Shown here: positions 30,172 to 40,229 of the stretch, piece after piece
Numbering within the stretch: the stretch's first letter is position 1
Layout: every line of letters starts with the position of its first letter
NCBI GenBank assembly: GCA_963727525.1
Contig: CAVSGO010000008.1
Coordinates: 1 to 64,000 of the forward strand
Origin: an uncultured bacterium
Lineage (GTDB): Bacteria; Krumholzibacteriota; Krumholzibacteriia; LZORAL124-64-63
Length of the DNA: 64,000 nucleotides
Direction: 5' to 3'
Program-made: the position numbers and the translations under genes
The notes under the pieces: generated by a model
What the model was told of the DNA's origin: nothing
The model's database searches: none
What the model saw: only the letters and a program-made list of their open reading frames with translations

Positions 30172-31758
30172 TCAACGCCCGAGGAATCCCAGCAACCGTT
30201 TCAGGATACCGGCCTTGCCGCTGCCCGCGCCGTCACCGGCTGCGAGAGCGGCCCGCGCCGCGTCGGCCGCAGCGACGTTGGCGGCCTGGCGCTGCGCGGC
30301 CAGCTCGGCGAGACGCTCGGGCACGTCGGGATGCAGCCCCAGCAGGGCGACGAAGGCCTCGCGATCAAAGGCGAGCAGCTCGCAGCCCGTGGACGTGACG
30401 AGGGTGGCGGCGCGCGGGGTTCCCGTCAGCAGGCTCATCTCGCCCACCACCGCGCCGGCGCCCACCTCGAAGGCGGTCTGCGGCTCGCCCGTCCCGTGGT
30501 CGACGGTGCCGCCGAGGCGCCCGCGGGCCACGACGTAGAAGGTCTCGCCCGCGTCGCCCTGACGCATCACCGTCTCGCCGGTTGTCCAGACCTCGCGCGT
30601 GACGCGCGGCGCCAGCGGTTCCAGGTCGTCGTGTGAGAGGAGGGGCTTGCCGTGGGCGTCGACCACGAGGCGGGTGCGCAGATCGCTGGCCGCGAGATCG
30701 GCCACGACGGCGGCCGTGTCGGCGGCCTCGGGCTCGAGCTTGCGCTGGTTGTAGACCACCGTCATGAAGTCGTTCAGCAGCTTGTCGCTCATCGGGAAGG
30801 GGATCTCGATATTCCGGCGCTTGAACTTGTACCAGATGTGACGGCACACCTGGCCGTCGATCCAGCCGCGCATGTGGTACTGCTTGGTCCAGTACAAGAG
30901 GCGGTAGTTGATGCCATAGTCCTCGAAGGCCGTCACCACAGCGTGGGGGGCGGGCCGATCGAGCACCTCCTTGACTGAGCGCGCGGCTTCCACGAGGGCA
31001 GCGATGACGTCGTCGGGCGCGTCGCTGTAGCTCGCGCCCACGTCGACGCGGTGCCGCCGTGTGGGCGACGGCTGGCTCATGTTGTGGATGACGGACTCGC
31101 TGAGCTTGCTGTTGGGTACGATCAGCTCCTCGTGGTTCACCGTCTGGATGCGCGTTTCGCGCCAGTTCGTGCGCGTGACCTTGCCCTCCACGCCGTCGAT
31201 CGTCACCCAGTCGCCCGGTTGCACGGAGCGCGTGAGGTGCAGGGACATGCCGGCGAGCAGATTGCCCAGCACGCCCTGCAGTGCGAAGCCGATCACCGCG
31301 GTGAGCAGGGCGGTGGAGGCGAGCAGGGGGCCGATGTCCCAGCCCAGTTCCGTCTTGGCGACGACGATGCCCAGCAGGATCAGCACCACGCCACGCAGGA
31401 TGTCGGCCAGCAGGTCGGGCAACACGTAGGGCTGCCTGCGCAGCGCGCCCACCTGGCGGATCACCACCTCCACCAGCGCGAGGCCCGCCGCGCCGAGCCA
31501 GAACGCGTGCCAGGCCGCGAGGTACTCGCCGTGGCCGGCGAACCAGGAGCGATCGCCGGTGGCCTGGGCGAGCAGCCACGCCGCGCCCGGGGTGAGCACG
31601 AGCACGAGCAGGGGCCGTACGAGGGTGGCGGCCGAGCCCAGCAGGAGCGACCGCTCGGCCGTCGCGCGTCGGCGCAGCATGCCGGCCACGGCCGAGGCGA
31701 CGGCGAACACGATCAGCAGGCAGAGGACGGCAAGCGTCAGCGGGAGGTAGGTGGTCAC
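30172..31758 (-). CDS. MscS-family channel with a C-terminal cyclic-nucleotide-binding domain
   Basis: IGFALQ..LGNLLAG; GDWVTI; VPNS; IEIPFP; QGDAGETFYVV...GEMSLLTGTPRAAT. Confidence 0.92.
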   Translation of the reverse strand: MTTYLPLTLAVLCLLIVFAVASAVAGMLRRRATAERSLLLGSAATLVRPLLVLVLTPGAAWLLAQATGDRSWFAGHGEYLAAWHAFWLGAAGLALVEVVIRQVGALRRQPYVLPDLLADILRGVVLILLGIVVAKTELGWDIGPLLASTALLTAVIGFALQGVLGNLLAGMSLHLTRSVQPGDWVTIDGVEGKVTRTNWRETRIQTVNHEELIVPNSKLSESVIHNMSQPSPTRRHRVDVGASYSDAPDDVIAALVEAARSVKEVLDRPAPHAVVTAFEDYGINYRLLYWTKQYHMRGWIDGQVCRHIWYKFKRRNIEIPFPMSDKLLNDFMTVVYNQRKLEPEAADTAAVVADLAASDLRTRLVVDAHGKPLLSHDDLEPLAPRVTREVWTTGETVMRQGDAGETFYVVARGRLGGTVDHGTGEPQTAFEVGAGAVVGEMSLLTGTPRAATLVTSTGCELLAFDREAFVALLGLHPDVPERLAELAAQRQAANVAAADAARAALAAGDGAGSGKAGILKRLLGFLGR

Positions 31759-32603
31759 GGAACATCCTTTCCGAGCACGAACTCCTGCCCCTGCCGGGCC
31801 AGATTCGTGCGAGGCCAGATGGCGCGCAGTCGCCGCTCCCGCGCCATCAGAGCCGGGCCGTCGAGCGTGGGATCGTGGTGGGTGACGAGGAGGTGCGCCA
31901 CGCCGGCCGCGCGTGCTACCCGGATGGCGTCCTCGCCCGTGGCGTGGCCCCACCCGCGGGTCCGTACGCTGTCGCCCTCGTCGTACTGCCCGTCATGGAT
32001 GAGCAGGTCGGCGGGCCGGGGGTCACGGCAGAGGGCGACGAGGCGGGCGCGCGCTTCGTCGTCCCCGACATCCCATTCGACGTCGGTGGCCATCACGACC
32101 GCGGCGCCGGTGGACGGTTCGTCGATGCGATAGGCGGCACAGCCGCCGGGATGGGGCACGGTCGACCAGGTGACGCGCAGGCCGCCGTGGGCCCGCGGCG
32201 TGGCGCAGGGCGAGGCAAGGTTCTCGAACGCGACGGTCGCGGCCATGTCCTGCACGCCCACCGGCCAGTACGGTGGGGCGAACAGGCCGCGCACGGCCGC
32301 TTCGGCCGTGACCGCCTCCAGCGTGGGCGAAGCGATCGTGAGCCGCGCCGTGGCGTCGAGAAGGGGGGCGAAGGTGCCCAGGCCCAGCAGGTGGTCGAGG
32401 TGGAAATGCGTCAGCAGTATGAGCGCATCGACACCGGTGCCAACGCGGCGTCCCACGGAACCCAGACCGCTGCCGCAGTCGATGACGATGATCGACCCAT
32501 CGGCGCCGATGACCTGAAGACACGTGGTATCGCCGCCGAAAGGCCCCGCCGCGGGGCCGGTGACGACGGTCGAACCTCGAGTTCCGGCGAGATGGACGCG
32601 CAC
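31755..32603 (-). CDS. MBL-fold metallo-hydrolase (putative phosphodiesterase)
   Basis: GTRGS...FGGDTTC; THFHLDH; HPGG; HDGQY; WGH; HHDP. Confidence 0.9.
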   Translation of the reverse strand: MRVHLAGTRGSTVVTGPAAGPFGGDTTCLQVIGADGSIIVIDCGSGLGSVGRRVGTGVDALILLTHFHLDHLLGLGTFAPLLDATARLTIASPTLEAVTAEAAVRGLFAPPYWPVGVQDMAATVAFENLASPCATPRAHGGLRVTWSTVPHPGGCAAYRIDEPSTGAAVVMATDVEWDVGDDEARARLVALCRDPRPADLLIHDGQYDEGDSVRTRGWGHATGEDAIRVARAAGVAHLLVTHHDPTLDGPALMARERRLRAIWPRTNLARQGQEFVLGKDVP

Positions 32604-32749
32604 CGGGGGCTCCCTGGACCTGTTCGGGGACGGCCGGGACGATTTGCCATCGCCCCGACCGGTGCATTGGTATACGATGGGAGCATAGGACAGCCGGGGT
32701 GGCGGGGCGATGGGAATTCCTGCCTCCCGAAACGCGGGAGGTCGCAGCC

Positions 32750-33052
32750 ATGTCCGATCTGGTCGTCATCGCGCGCTTTCGCAGCCGGGTGGAAGCAGAA
32801 CTCGCTCGGAGTGTCTTGACCGATGCCGGCGTCGACGCCCTCTTGCAGGCCGACGACGCTGGTGGCATGTACGCGGGCATCGATCTGAGCAGCGGCGGCG
32901 CGCGCCTCCTCGTGCGGGAGGACGATGCCGATCTCGCGCTCGAGGCGCTCGAGGCGATCGAGGGCGGCGACGCCGATTCCGACGCCGATCCCGATCCCGA
33001 TGCCGACTCCGACTCCGACTCCGATTCCGATTCCGAGACCGCCGAGCTCTGA
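32750..33052 (+). CDS. DUF2007-like small protein with an acidic (Asp-X)11 tail
   Basis: GGAGG RBS; EAELARSVLTDAGV...ARLLVREDDA..A. Confidence 0.8.
   Translation: MSDLVVIARFRSRVEAELARSVLTDAGVDALLQADDAGGMYAGIDLSSGGARLLVREDDADLALEALEAIEGGDADSDADPDPDADSDSDSDSDSETAEL
32969..33034 (+). repeat. 11 x 6-bp GAYNCC repeat encoding DADSDADPDPDADSDSDSDSDS
   Basis: Read directly from the sequence. Confidence 0.9.
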
Positions 33053-33054
33053 GC

Positions 33055-35823
33055 ATGGCGCGCACCCCTCCGGGCGCTCCCGATGAACTGATCGCGCGAT
33101 GCCTAGCGCGAAGCGACGTCGCCACGGCATTCTCAGCCCAGATCCAGGATCAGACGGGTCTCGACGGGGCCGAGGCCGCATTTGCGACCCGCGTGCTGCT
33201 GCAGGCGCTCAGAGCACGGCAAAACCGTGAGACGCCGGCAGCGGCGGCGCTCCTCGCTTCCCTCGATCCCAGCCACCGGCACCATGCCGAGCACACGCGG
33301 CGCACGGGCCTGTGGTTGTGCCTGCGTATCGAGACCCATCCCGCGCGCCGGGCCGAACTGGCGGCAAACCTCGGGATCAGCGAGCGGCCGGCGCGTGCGT
33401 GGCAAAAGCTCGCCGACGAGGCGCGCGAGTGGATCGGTGATCTGAGCACGCTCTCGGGCCTGGAGCTGGCGCTGGGCGACTCGGGTCTTGGGTTGCGTCT
33501 GCACGGCGGCACGACATCGTCCCTGCAGGCGGCGCTGCCCAGCCGCTGGTTGCGTCCAGCCAATGCCTTCGTGCCGCTGCTGGGCCGCGAGACCGACCTC
33601 GCGAATCTCGAGTCGGTGCTTGGTACGGACGGCCTCTTCCACTGGGTGGTGGTGCACGGCGACGGCGGTGTTGGCAAGACACGGCTCGCCATGGAGATCG
33701 TGCGCGACCTCGCGCGCAAGGGTTGGGACGCGGGTTTCCTCGGGCCGCCCGATCTGCGGCGGCTGGTGAGCCATCCACGCTTCGACCGCTTCACGCCCGT
33801 GGTGCCCACGCTGATCGTCGTTCGCTATGCGGCCACGCAGGAGGCTGCGATCCAGTCGTTCCTCGCACGCTCCGTGGCCGACGCCGAGGAGCGACGCGAC
33901 CTGGCCGGCGCCCCCCCGCTTCGCTTGCTGCTGCTCGAACGGCACGCGTCGCTGCAGGACGGCTGGCTCGCGCGCCTGCTCGGGCGGCGGCACGTCTCGG
34001 CGAACGAGCCGGTGGCGCGCGCGTTCGGCGGGGCGCATCGCCTGGCCGTACCGTCGCATCCGGATCCCGACCAGGTGATGCTACGCATCCTCGACGCCGC
34101 CACGGGGCACTGGGCAGCCCTCGCCATGGCGAGTGCACCGCCGCGGCCGGCATGGAGCGAGCACCTGCGCACGCAGCTCATTCCCGTGACGGGACGGCGC
34201 CCGCTGCTGGTGCAGCTCGCGGCATTGCGGGCTTGCGAGCTGGGCTGCGACCCGCCGACGTGGACGCGCGCCGACGTGATCGGCGCCGCGGTGGCGCGCG
34301 AGCGGGCCCACTTGCGCTCCCACTGTCCCGATCCTGCCCTCGGCGATGCCGTGGAGCGGGGCGCGGCGTTGCTCTGCCTGTGCGGGGCGCAGTCGCTTGC
34401 GCATCCCACCTGGCGCGCCGTGCTGACGGACGACGTTGTCCGGCTCGGCCTCGACGCTGATCGCGCCGGCGATGTCCAGACCTGTTTGCTCGCGGCTCTC
34501 GGCCGCGCGCCCTTGAGCGATCCGCCCGCGCCGTCGCCCATCACGCCCACGGTGATCGGATCGAGCGTCGCCACCGAGGTGCTTGCGGAATCGTTGCAAT
34601 CGGGACGGGATGCGGTGGCGTCGTTGCTCGAACACTACGCTCTCGACACATGGCCGCGTCTGCTGCGCGCCGCCGAGGATACCGACGGTACCGCGGCCGG
34701 CGCCACGTTGCACGCCTGGATCAGCGACTTCATCACGCTGCGTCCGCGCGAGGAGCTGATCGCCGTCGAGCGGCTGATCCCGGCCGGCGCCCCGAGCCTG
34801 CTCACGGTGCGTATCGGCATCCTCGCGCGCCTCGTGGCCGACCTCGCGCACGACCCCGACGACCCCGAGCGCGCGCGCCTGCTCAATCGCTATGGACACG
34901 CCCTGCTCACCCATGATCGCCGTCACCGCGCCCTCGAGGCCACGCAGGAAGCGGTGGCCATCCAGACACGCCTCGCGGCCGCGACTCCCGAAGAGCACGA
35001 GCCCGATCTGGCGAGCAGTCTCAACAACCTCGGCTACATGCACAGCGCCCTGCTCCAGCGCGAGGAAGCCCTGATGGCCACCCAGCGCGCCGTGGCGATC
35101 CGCGAGCGACTGGCCGACGCCGATCCGGATGCGTACGAGCCCGATCTTGCTGGCAGCCTCAACAATCTCAGCTACATGCACAGCGCGCTCGGCCAGTTCA
35201 CCGAGGCCCTGGTGGCGAGCGAGCGGGCGGTGGCGCTGTGCGAGCGGCTGGCCGCGCGCGATCCCGACGTCTACGAACCCGACCTGGCGATGAGCCTCAC
35301 CAATCTCAGCGTCGATCTCAACGCGCGCGGGCGCTGTGAAGACGCGCTGGTGGCGGCGCAGCGTGCGGTGGCGCTGCAGGAGCGGCTGGTAGGGCGCGAT
35401 CCGGACGCGTTCACGTCGGACCTGGCGAGCAGCCTGAACAACCTGGGCAACGTGCACGCCATGGCGGGGCAGGTGGAGCCGGCGCTGGCCGCGATCGAGC
35501 AGGCCGTCCATCTCTACGAGGACCTCGCTGCCCTCGCACCTGGCACCTACGCGCCCGACCGGGCCACGTGCCTGGGCGCGCTGGGGTCGATCCACCTGCG
35601 CAACCAGGATCCCGCCTCCGCGGCCGAGGCCTTCGCGCTCGGCGTGTCGTCGCTCAAGACGAGCTTCCTGCGCGGTCCCACGTCCTTCATCGACCTCATG
35701 CGCCAGCTCGTGTCCGACTACCTGGCGGCCTGCCATCGCGGCGGTCTGGCGGAGGACGAGAAGCTGCTCGCCTCCATCCGCCCCCTGCTCGAGGAAGCGC
35801 AGGATCGCGCGAGCCTCTCGTGA
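33055..35823 (+). CDS. STAND-like P-loop NTPase with C-terminal TPR repeats
   Basis: LLGRE; Walker A GDGGVGKT; GRRPL; ~45-aa repeats PDAYEPDLAxSLNNL. Confidence 0.88.
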   Translation: MARTPPGAPDELIARCLARSDVATAFSAQIQDQTGLDGAEAAFATRVLLQALRARQNRETPAAAALLASLDPSHRHHAEHTRRTGLWLCLRIETHPARRAELAANLGISERPARAWQKLADEAREWIGDLSTLSGLELALGDSGLGLRLHGGTTSSLQAALPSRWLRPANAFVPLLGRETDLANLESVLGTDGLFHWVVVHGDGGVGKTRLAMEIVRDLARKGWDAGFLGPPDLRRLVSHPRFDRFTPVVPTLIVVRYAATQEAAIQSFLARSVADAEERRDLAGAPPLRLLLLERHASLQDGWLARLLGRRHVSANEPVARAFGGAHRLAVPSHPDPDQVMLRILDAATGHWAALAMASAPPRPAWSEHLRTQLIPVTGRRPLLVQLAALRACELGCDPPTWTRADVIGAAVARERAHLRSHCPDPALGDAVERGAALLCLCGAQSLAHPTWRAVLTDDVVRLGLDADRAGDVQTCLLAALGRAPLSDPPAPSPITPTVIGSSVATEVLAESLQSGRDAVASLLEHYALDTWPRLLRAAEDTDGTAAGATLHAWISDFITLRPREELIAVERLIPAGAPSLLTVRIGILARLVADLAHDPDDPERARLLNRYGHALLTHDRRHRALEATQEAVAIQTRLAAATPEEHEPDLASSLNNLGYMHSALLQREEALMATQRAVAIRERLADADPDAYEPDLAGSLNNLSYMHSALGQFTEALVASERAVALCERLAARDPDVYEPDLAMSLTNLSVDLNARGRCEDALVAAQRAVALQERLVGRDPDAFTSDLASSLNNLGNVHAMAGQVEPALAAIEQAVHLYEDLAALAPGTYAPDRATCLGALGSIHLRNQDPASAAEAFALGVSSLKTSFLRGPTSFIDLMRQLVSDYLAACHRGGLAEDEKLLASIRPLLEEAQDRASLS

Positions 35824-35826
35824 TCA

Positions 35827-37842
35827 CTACTTGGCGGTGAGCATCCACACGCCGCGGAACGCGGGGTCGGCCGTGAGCTGCGCGGCGAGCGCGGCGGCGG
35901 CCGGGTCGTCGGGCGCGCCGGCGAGCGCGGCGAGGGCCGCATCGCGCCGACCCTCGCGGCAGAGCTGCAGGGCTTGACGGTGCATCGTCCAGGCTGCCGG
36001 CTCCGGATCGCCCGCCAGTCCGACCAGCTCGCACACGACGACAGGCTCGCGGCGCCCCACCACGACCACGGCGCCCAGTTCGCGCGCACACACCGCGTTG
36101 CCGGCGAGGTCGCGCGTGGCGCGGGAGATCAGTGTCTCGGTGCCGAGGATCTTGTTCACACCCTCGAGGCGACTCGCAAGGTTCACCGCGTCGCCCAGCA
36201 CCGAGTAGTCGAAACGCTGCTGTGAGCCGAGGTTGCCCACCACCGCCTCGCCGGTGTGGATGCCGATGCGCGTGCGCAGAATACAGCCGTAGCGGGCTTG
36301 CCAGTCTTCGCGCCGGCGCGCCAGCTCGCGCTGGCCGAGCACCGCCGCCTCGCAGGCGCGCGTGGCGTGGTCGGGCACGTCGAGAGGTGCATTCCAGAAG
36401 GCGATGATGGCGTCGCCCTCGTACTTGTCGAGGGTGCCGCCGGCGGCGAGGATGATGTCGGTCATCGCCGTGAGGTACTCGTTGAGCAGGGCCGTGAGGT
36501 GCTCGGCGTCGAGCTTCTCGCCGATCGATGTGAACCCCGCAAGATCGCTGAAGAAGATGGTGAGCGTGCGCCGCTCGCCGCCCAGACGGAGCTGGCCGGG
36601 ATCGGCCACGAGCCGCTCGATGACATCGGGGCTGAGGTAGTGGCGGAAGGCCTGCTTCAGGAACCGCCGTTGCCGTCCTTCCGTCGCGTAGTTCACGGCG
36701 AGACCCGCGACCAGTCCCCCCGCCGCACTCAGCTCGCCCGGCACCAGGGGCCACCACCAACCGGCGCCGTAGGCCAGCAGGGCGCCCAGGGCGGGCAGGG
36801 GCAGCAGGATGGCGGCCGCCGCCATCACGTGACGCGGACGGCTCCCTGCCGCGAGCGCGAGTCCGGCCACGGCGCCGAACAGCGCGATGACCAGGGCAGA
36901 CGGCAGCCGCGGGGCGTCGCGCATGAACCGGCCCGAGATCAGATCATCCAGGGCCGTGGCGTGCAGCAGCACGCCGGGCGACACCGCTTGCACCGGCGTG
37001 GGCCGCTGGTCCATGAGCGCGGGGGCGGACACGCCGAACAGCACCGTGCGGCCGCTCAGCGTCGCCGGATCCAGCGTGGGCGTCGCGTCCTCGCCGAGCT
37101 GGATGGCCGACTGGATCACGGCTGCGGCGCTGTAGGCGGGGTAGGTGCCTGGAGGCGAGAAGCCGAGCAGTGCGCGGCCGTGGCGGTCGAGGGGCACACG
37201 GCTGCCCGCGGCCTCCAGCATGCGCGTCTGCACGCGCACCGTGCCGCCGCGCTCCAGCAGGAATGCCGCCAGCGCGAGGGAGGGCAGCGGCGCGCCGTCG
37301 AGGGGCACGGTGAGTCGCGCGCGGCGGAATACGCCGTCACCGTCCGGCGCGTCGGCCACGTTGCCGAGCCGCGCCGCCGCCTGCGCGATTGCCGGCACCG
37401 GCCGCGTGACGCGCGCGCTGTCGCCCGGAGCCGCACCGGGTTGCACCGGCATGGCCACCACGCAGTCGGGCTGCTCGGCCATGGTCGCGGCCAGTGTCGC
37501 GTCGTCCTCCACCCCGTAGAGCGATGTCTCGGTGAACAGCATATCGAAGGCGATGGCCCGCGCGCCGGCGGCGCGGCAGAAGCCGATCACCGCCGTGTAC
37601 ACCTCGCGCGGCCAGGGCCACGACCAGCCGTTCACCTCCTCGGCCCAGTCGAGGCTGGGCTGGTCGATGAGGACGATGGCCAGGGAGTCGGCCGCCGCCG
37701 ACGGCTTCGCGAGCAGGCGCACACGCGCGTCCCAGGTGGCCGCTTCCCAGCGGTCGAAGGCGCCACCCAGCCACAGACCGGCGGCGGCGAGGCCCACGAG
37801 CAGGCCCGCGACGGCGCCGGTCAGGTGGCGGCCGGCGCGCAC
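35827..37842 (-). CDS. CHASE2-domain class III adenylate cyclase
   Basis: WPWPR, IAFDMLF, DGVFRR (CHASE2); 3 TM helices; FSDLAGFT, DKYEGD, DYSVLGDAVNLASRLEG. Confidence 0.95.
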   Translation of the reverse strand: MRAGRHLTGAVAGLLVGLAAAGLWLGGAFDRWEAATWDARVRLLAKPSAAADSLAIVLIDQPSLDWAEEVNGWSWPWPREVYTAVIGFCRAAGARAIAFDMLFTETSLYGVEDDATLAATMAEQPDCVVAMPVQPGAAPGDSARVTRPVPAIAQAAARLGNVADAPDGDGVFRRARLTVPLDGAPLPSLALAAFLLERGGTVRVQTRMLEAAGSRVPLDRHGRALLGFSPPGTYPAYSAAAVIQSAIQLGEDATPTLDPATLSGRTVLFGVSAPALMDQRPTPVQAVSPGVLLHATALDDLISGRFMRDAPRLPSALVIALFGAVAGLALAAGSRPRHVMAAAAILLPLPALGALLAYGAGWWWPLVPGELSAAGGLVAGLAVNYATEGRQRRFLKQAFRHYLSPDVIERLVADPGQLRLGGERRTLTIFFSDLAGFTSIGEKLDAEHLTALLNEYLTAMTDIILAAGGTLDKYEGDAIIAFWNAPLDVPDHATRACEAAVLGQRELARRREDWQARYGCILRTRIGIHTGEAVVGNLGSQQRFDYSVLGDAVNLASRLEGVNKILGTETLISRATRDLAGNAVCARELGAVVVVGRREPVVVCELVGLAGDPEPAAWTMHRQALQLCREGRRDAALAALAGAPDDPAAAALAAQLTADPAFRGVWMLTAK

Positions 37843-37843
37843 G

Positions 37844-38749
37844 CTAGATCACCTTGCCCAGGGCGGCCGTGAAGCGCTCTGCCCGTGGCGCCGGCTCCAC
37901 CACGGGGCCGTAGCCTGCCAGCCCTGGCGTCACGTCCTTCAGACGGTCCGCCGGCGACGGGTGGGTACGCGCGAATCCCGGTCCCGTGGGGTTCCAGTGC
38001 GTCTGCATGGTCTCGAGCATGTCCTCGAGGCCGCGCGGGTTGTAGCCCACGCGCTCCAGGATGGTGGCCGATGCGGCGTCGGCCTCGCGCTCGAGGTCGC
38101 GGCTGTAGCCGTTGACCACGAGCGTCTGCGTGATGTCCTGCACGCTGCCCTCGAGATCCTTGGCGAGCTTGGCCAGCTTCTCGCCGCCCAGATTCTGCGC
38201 GCCCTCGCTGGCGATGATGGTGAGCGCATTCGTCAGACGGCTCTTCTTGATCGCGCGCAACCCGTGCTTGCCCTCCACGTGACCGATCTCGTGGGCGAGC
38301 ACGGCGGCCAGCGCGTCCTCGCCGTCGCAGCAGCGCACCAGGCCGCGTGTCACCAGGACGAGGCCGCCGGGGCAGGCGAAGGCGTTGATCTCGTCGCTGT
38401 CCAGCAGCAGGAAGTGGTAACCGCCGTAGGTCTCGGGCCGGTCGCTCGCCAGGGCGAGAGTCTGGCCCACGCGGTTCAGGTAAGCGTTGGCGGCGCCATC
38501 GTCGAGAGGCTTGTAGGTGGCCAGCAGCGTGGCCGCCACCGCCCTGCCGATGTAGTACTCCTGCTCGGGCGTGATGTCCTTGAAGGTCATCTCCACCGCC
38601 GTCACCGTGCGGTTGATGGAGCCGGCCTGAGCCTCGTTGATCACGCCCTGGTCCTGTGCCACCTGCGTGGCGACCTGGGAGACCTGCGAGCACCCGGCGG
38701 CAAGTACGACCGCGGCGGCGGCGAGGAGGGCGAGGTGGCGCGTCGTCAT
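37844..38749 (-). CDS. M48-family metallopeptidase lipoprotein
   Basis: Lipobox AAGC; NAFACPGG; LAHEIGH; EREAD; THP. Confidence 0.93.
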   Translation of the reverse strand: MTTRHLALLAAAAVVLAAGCSQVSQVATQVAQDQGVINEAQAGSINRTVTAVEMTFKDITPEQEYYIGRAVAATLLATYKPLDDGAANAYLNRVGQTLALASDRPETYGGYHFLLLDSDEINAFACPGGLVLVTRGLVRCCDGEDALAAVLAHEIGHVEGKHGLRAIKKSRLTNALTIIASEGAQNLGGEKLAKLAKDLEGSVQDITQTLVVNGYSRDLEREADAASATILERVGYNPRGLEDMLETMQTHWNPTGPGFARTHPSPADRLKDVTPGLAGYGPVVEPAPRAERFTAALGKVI

Positions 38750-39228
38750 GGCCGGGCCCCCTCGCGCGGGGTGATGCCACCGGCGGCGAGGAAGGCTTCG
38801 CTCTGCTGCGGCGTCACTGTCCAGCTCTCCATGCGGTCGACCCACGTGTAGTCGAGGTCGGTCTCCTTCTTGTATTCCTTCTCGACGTCGGCGGTGAAGC
38901 CCTTGCCCGCCAGGGCCAGCTCGTCGCTGCTGGCGCCGGTGGCCACCTGCTTGTCGCCTGCCTGCATCGTCACCTTCTTCTGACCCAGGGCCGAGCTGTG
39001 CAGCCAGCCATCGTGGCCCTGCGCATCACGCACGTGGAGCCACACGCCCTTGTCCTCGATTACCGTCACCAGCGCGCCGTAGGCCAGGGTCGCCGTGGTC
39101 GCCCCCAGGAACGACGGCTTCGCGCGCAGCTTCGTCTCCTTCACCTGCACGGTCATCTGCTGCGCCGCCCAGGCCGCGACGGCCAGGCCCAGAATCAGCA
39201 CCAGCACCGGCCAACCTTTCATTCGCAT
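38746..39228 (-). CDS. Secreted SH3-domain protein
   Basis: Signal peptide; LRAKPSF...G.W..V...GWLHSS; ALAGKGF; AAGGAG RBS (start could be 39222). Confidence 0.85.
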   Translation of the reverse strand: MRMKGWPVLVLILGLAVAAWAAQQMTVQVKETKLRAKPSFLGATTATLAYGALVTVIEDKGVWLHVRDAQGHDGWLHSSALGQKKVTMQAGDKQVATGASSDELALAGKGFTADVEKEYKKETDLDYTWVDRMESWTVTPQQSEAFLAAGGITPREGARP

Positions 39229-39319
39229 GCTGTCTCCTTATCTTGGTGTTCCGTCTCCACAGATCCGGCGCATCATAGCCGATCGGCACGGGGCGGGGAA
39301 GAGCCAGCGGAGGTGTACC

Positions 39320-40216
39320 GTGACCGAGGTGCCGCACAAGATCCTGGCCGGGGGGCGGCCCTTCACCCGCCCCTGGCTGACCGACCTGCTCTGGGTGGCC
39401 GTGGGCGCCGCGATCCTGGCCACCGGCTACGTGCTCTTCATCATCCCGTACGACATCGTGCCCGGCGGCGTGATCGGGCTCAGCCAGGTACTCAACCGGT
39501 TGCTGGGTACGCCCATCGGCCTCACGGCGCTCGCCATCAACATCCCCGTCCTGCTGCTGGCCACGCGTCTGATGGGACGCGTATACGGGGTGCGCACGGT
39601 GCTGGCCATGATCCTGACGTCGGTGTTCATCGACTCGCTGCTGGGCGTGTATGGCCGCCACGCGCTGACGCACGACCGCCTCGTGTCGACCATCTTCGGC
39701 GGCGTGCTCATCGGCGTGGGTATCGCCTTGATCATCCGCGGCAAGGGCAACGCGGGGGGCACGGCGCTGGCGGGGCAGCTCCTCTCGCGCGTGGCGCGCA
39801 TCCCCGTGGGCCGCGCCATGCTCTTCATCGACGCCGGCGTGGTGCTCACCAGCATCCTCGCGTTCCGCGACCTCGACCTGGCGCCATACGCCCTCATCGC
39901 CATCTGGGTGATCAGCCGCACGGTGGATGCGGTGCTCACCGGTCTGGACGCCAGCAAGGCCCTCATCATCATCTCCGAGAATCACGAGCAGATCCGCGAC
40001 GCGATCCTGCACGGCCTCGACCGCGGTGGTACTTATCTGCTGGGTCGGGGTCTGTTCGAGCCCGAGCGCGAGCGGCGCATCATCTTCAGCGCGCTGAGCC
40101 CACGCGAGTCGGTGGCCTTGCAGCGGCGCGTGAAGGAGATCGATCCCGACGCCTTCCTCATGGTCTTCGACGTACGCGAGGTCATCGGGCAGGGCTTCAA
40201 GCCGTGGACGAACTAG
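39320..40216 (+). CDS. YitT-family membrane protein
   Basis: PGGVIG; INIP; GGT; LDRGGT; IDPDAF...EVIGQGF. Confidence 0.92.
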   Translation: MTEVPHKILAGGRPFTRPWLTDLLWVAVGAAILATGYVLFIIPYDIVPGGVIGLSQVLNRLLGTPIGLTALAINIPVLLLATRLMGRVYGVRTVLAMILTSVFIDSLLGVYGRHALTHDRLVSTIFGGVLIGVGIALIIRGKGNAGGTALAGQLLSRVARIPVGRAMLFIDAGVVLTSILAFRDLDLAPYALIAIWVISRTVDAVLTGLDASKALIIISENHEQIRDAILHGLDRGGTYLLGRGLFEPERERRIIFSALSPRESVALQRRVKEIDPDAFLMVFDVREVIGQGFKPWTN

Positions 40217-40229
40217 CCCGGAAACGGAT

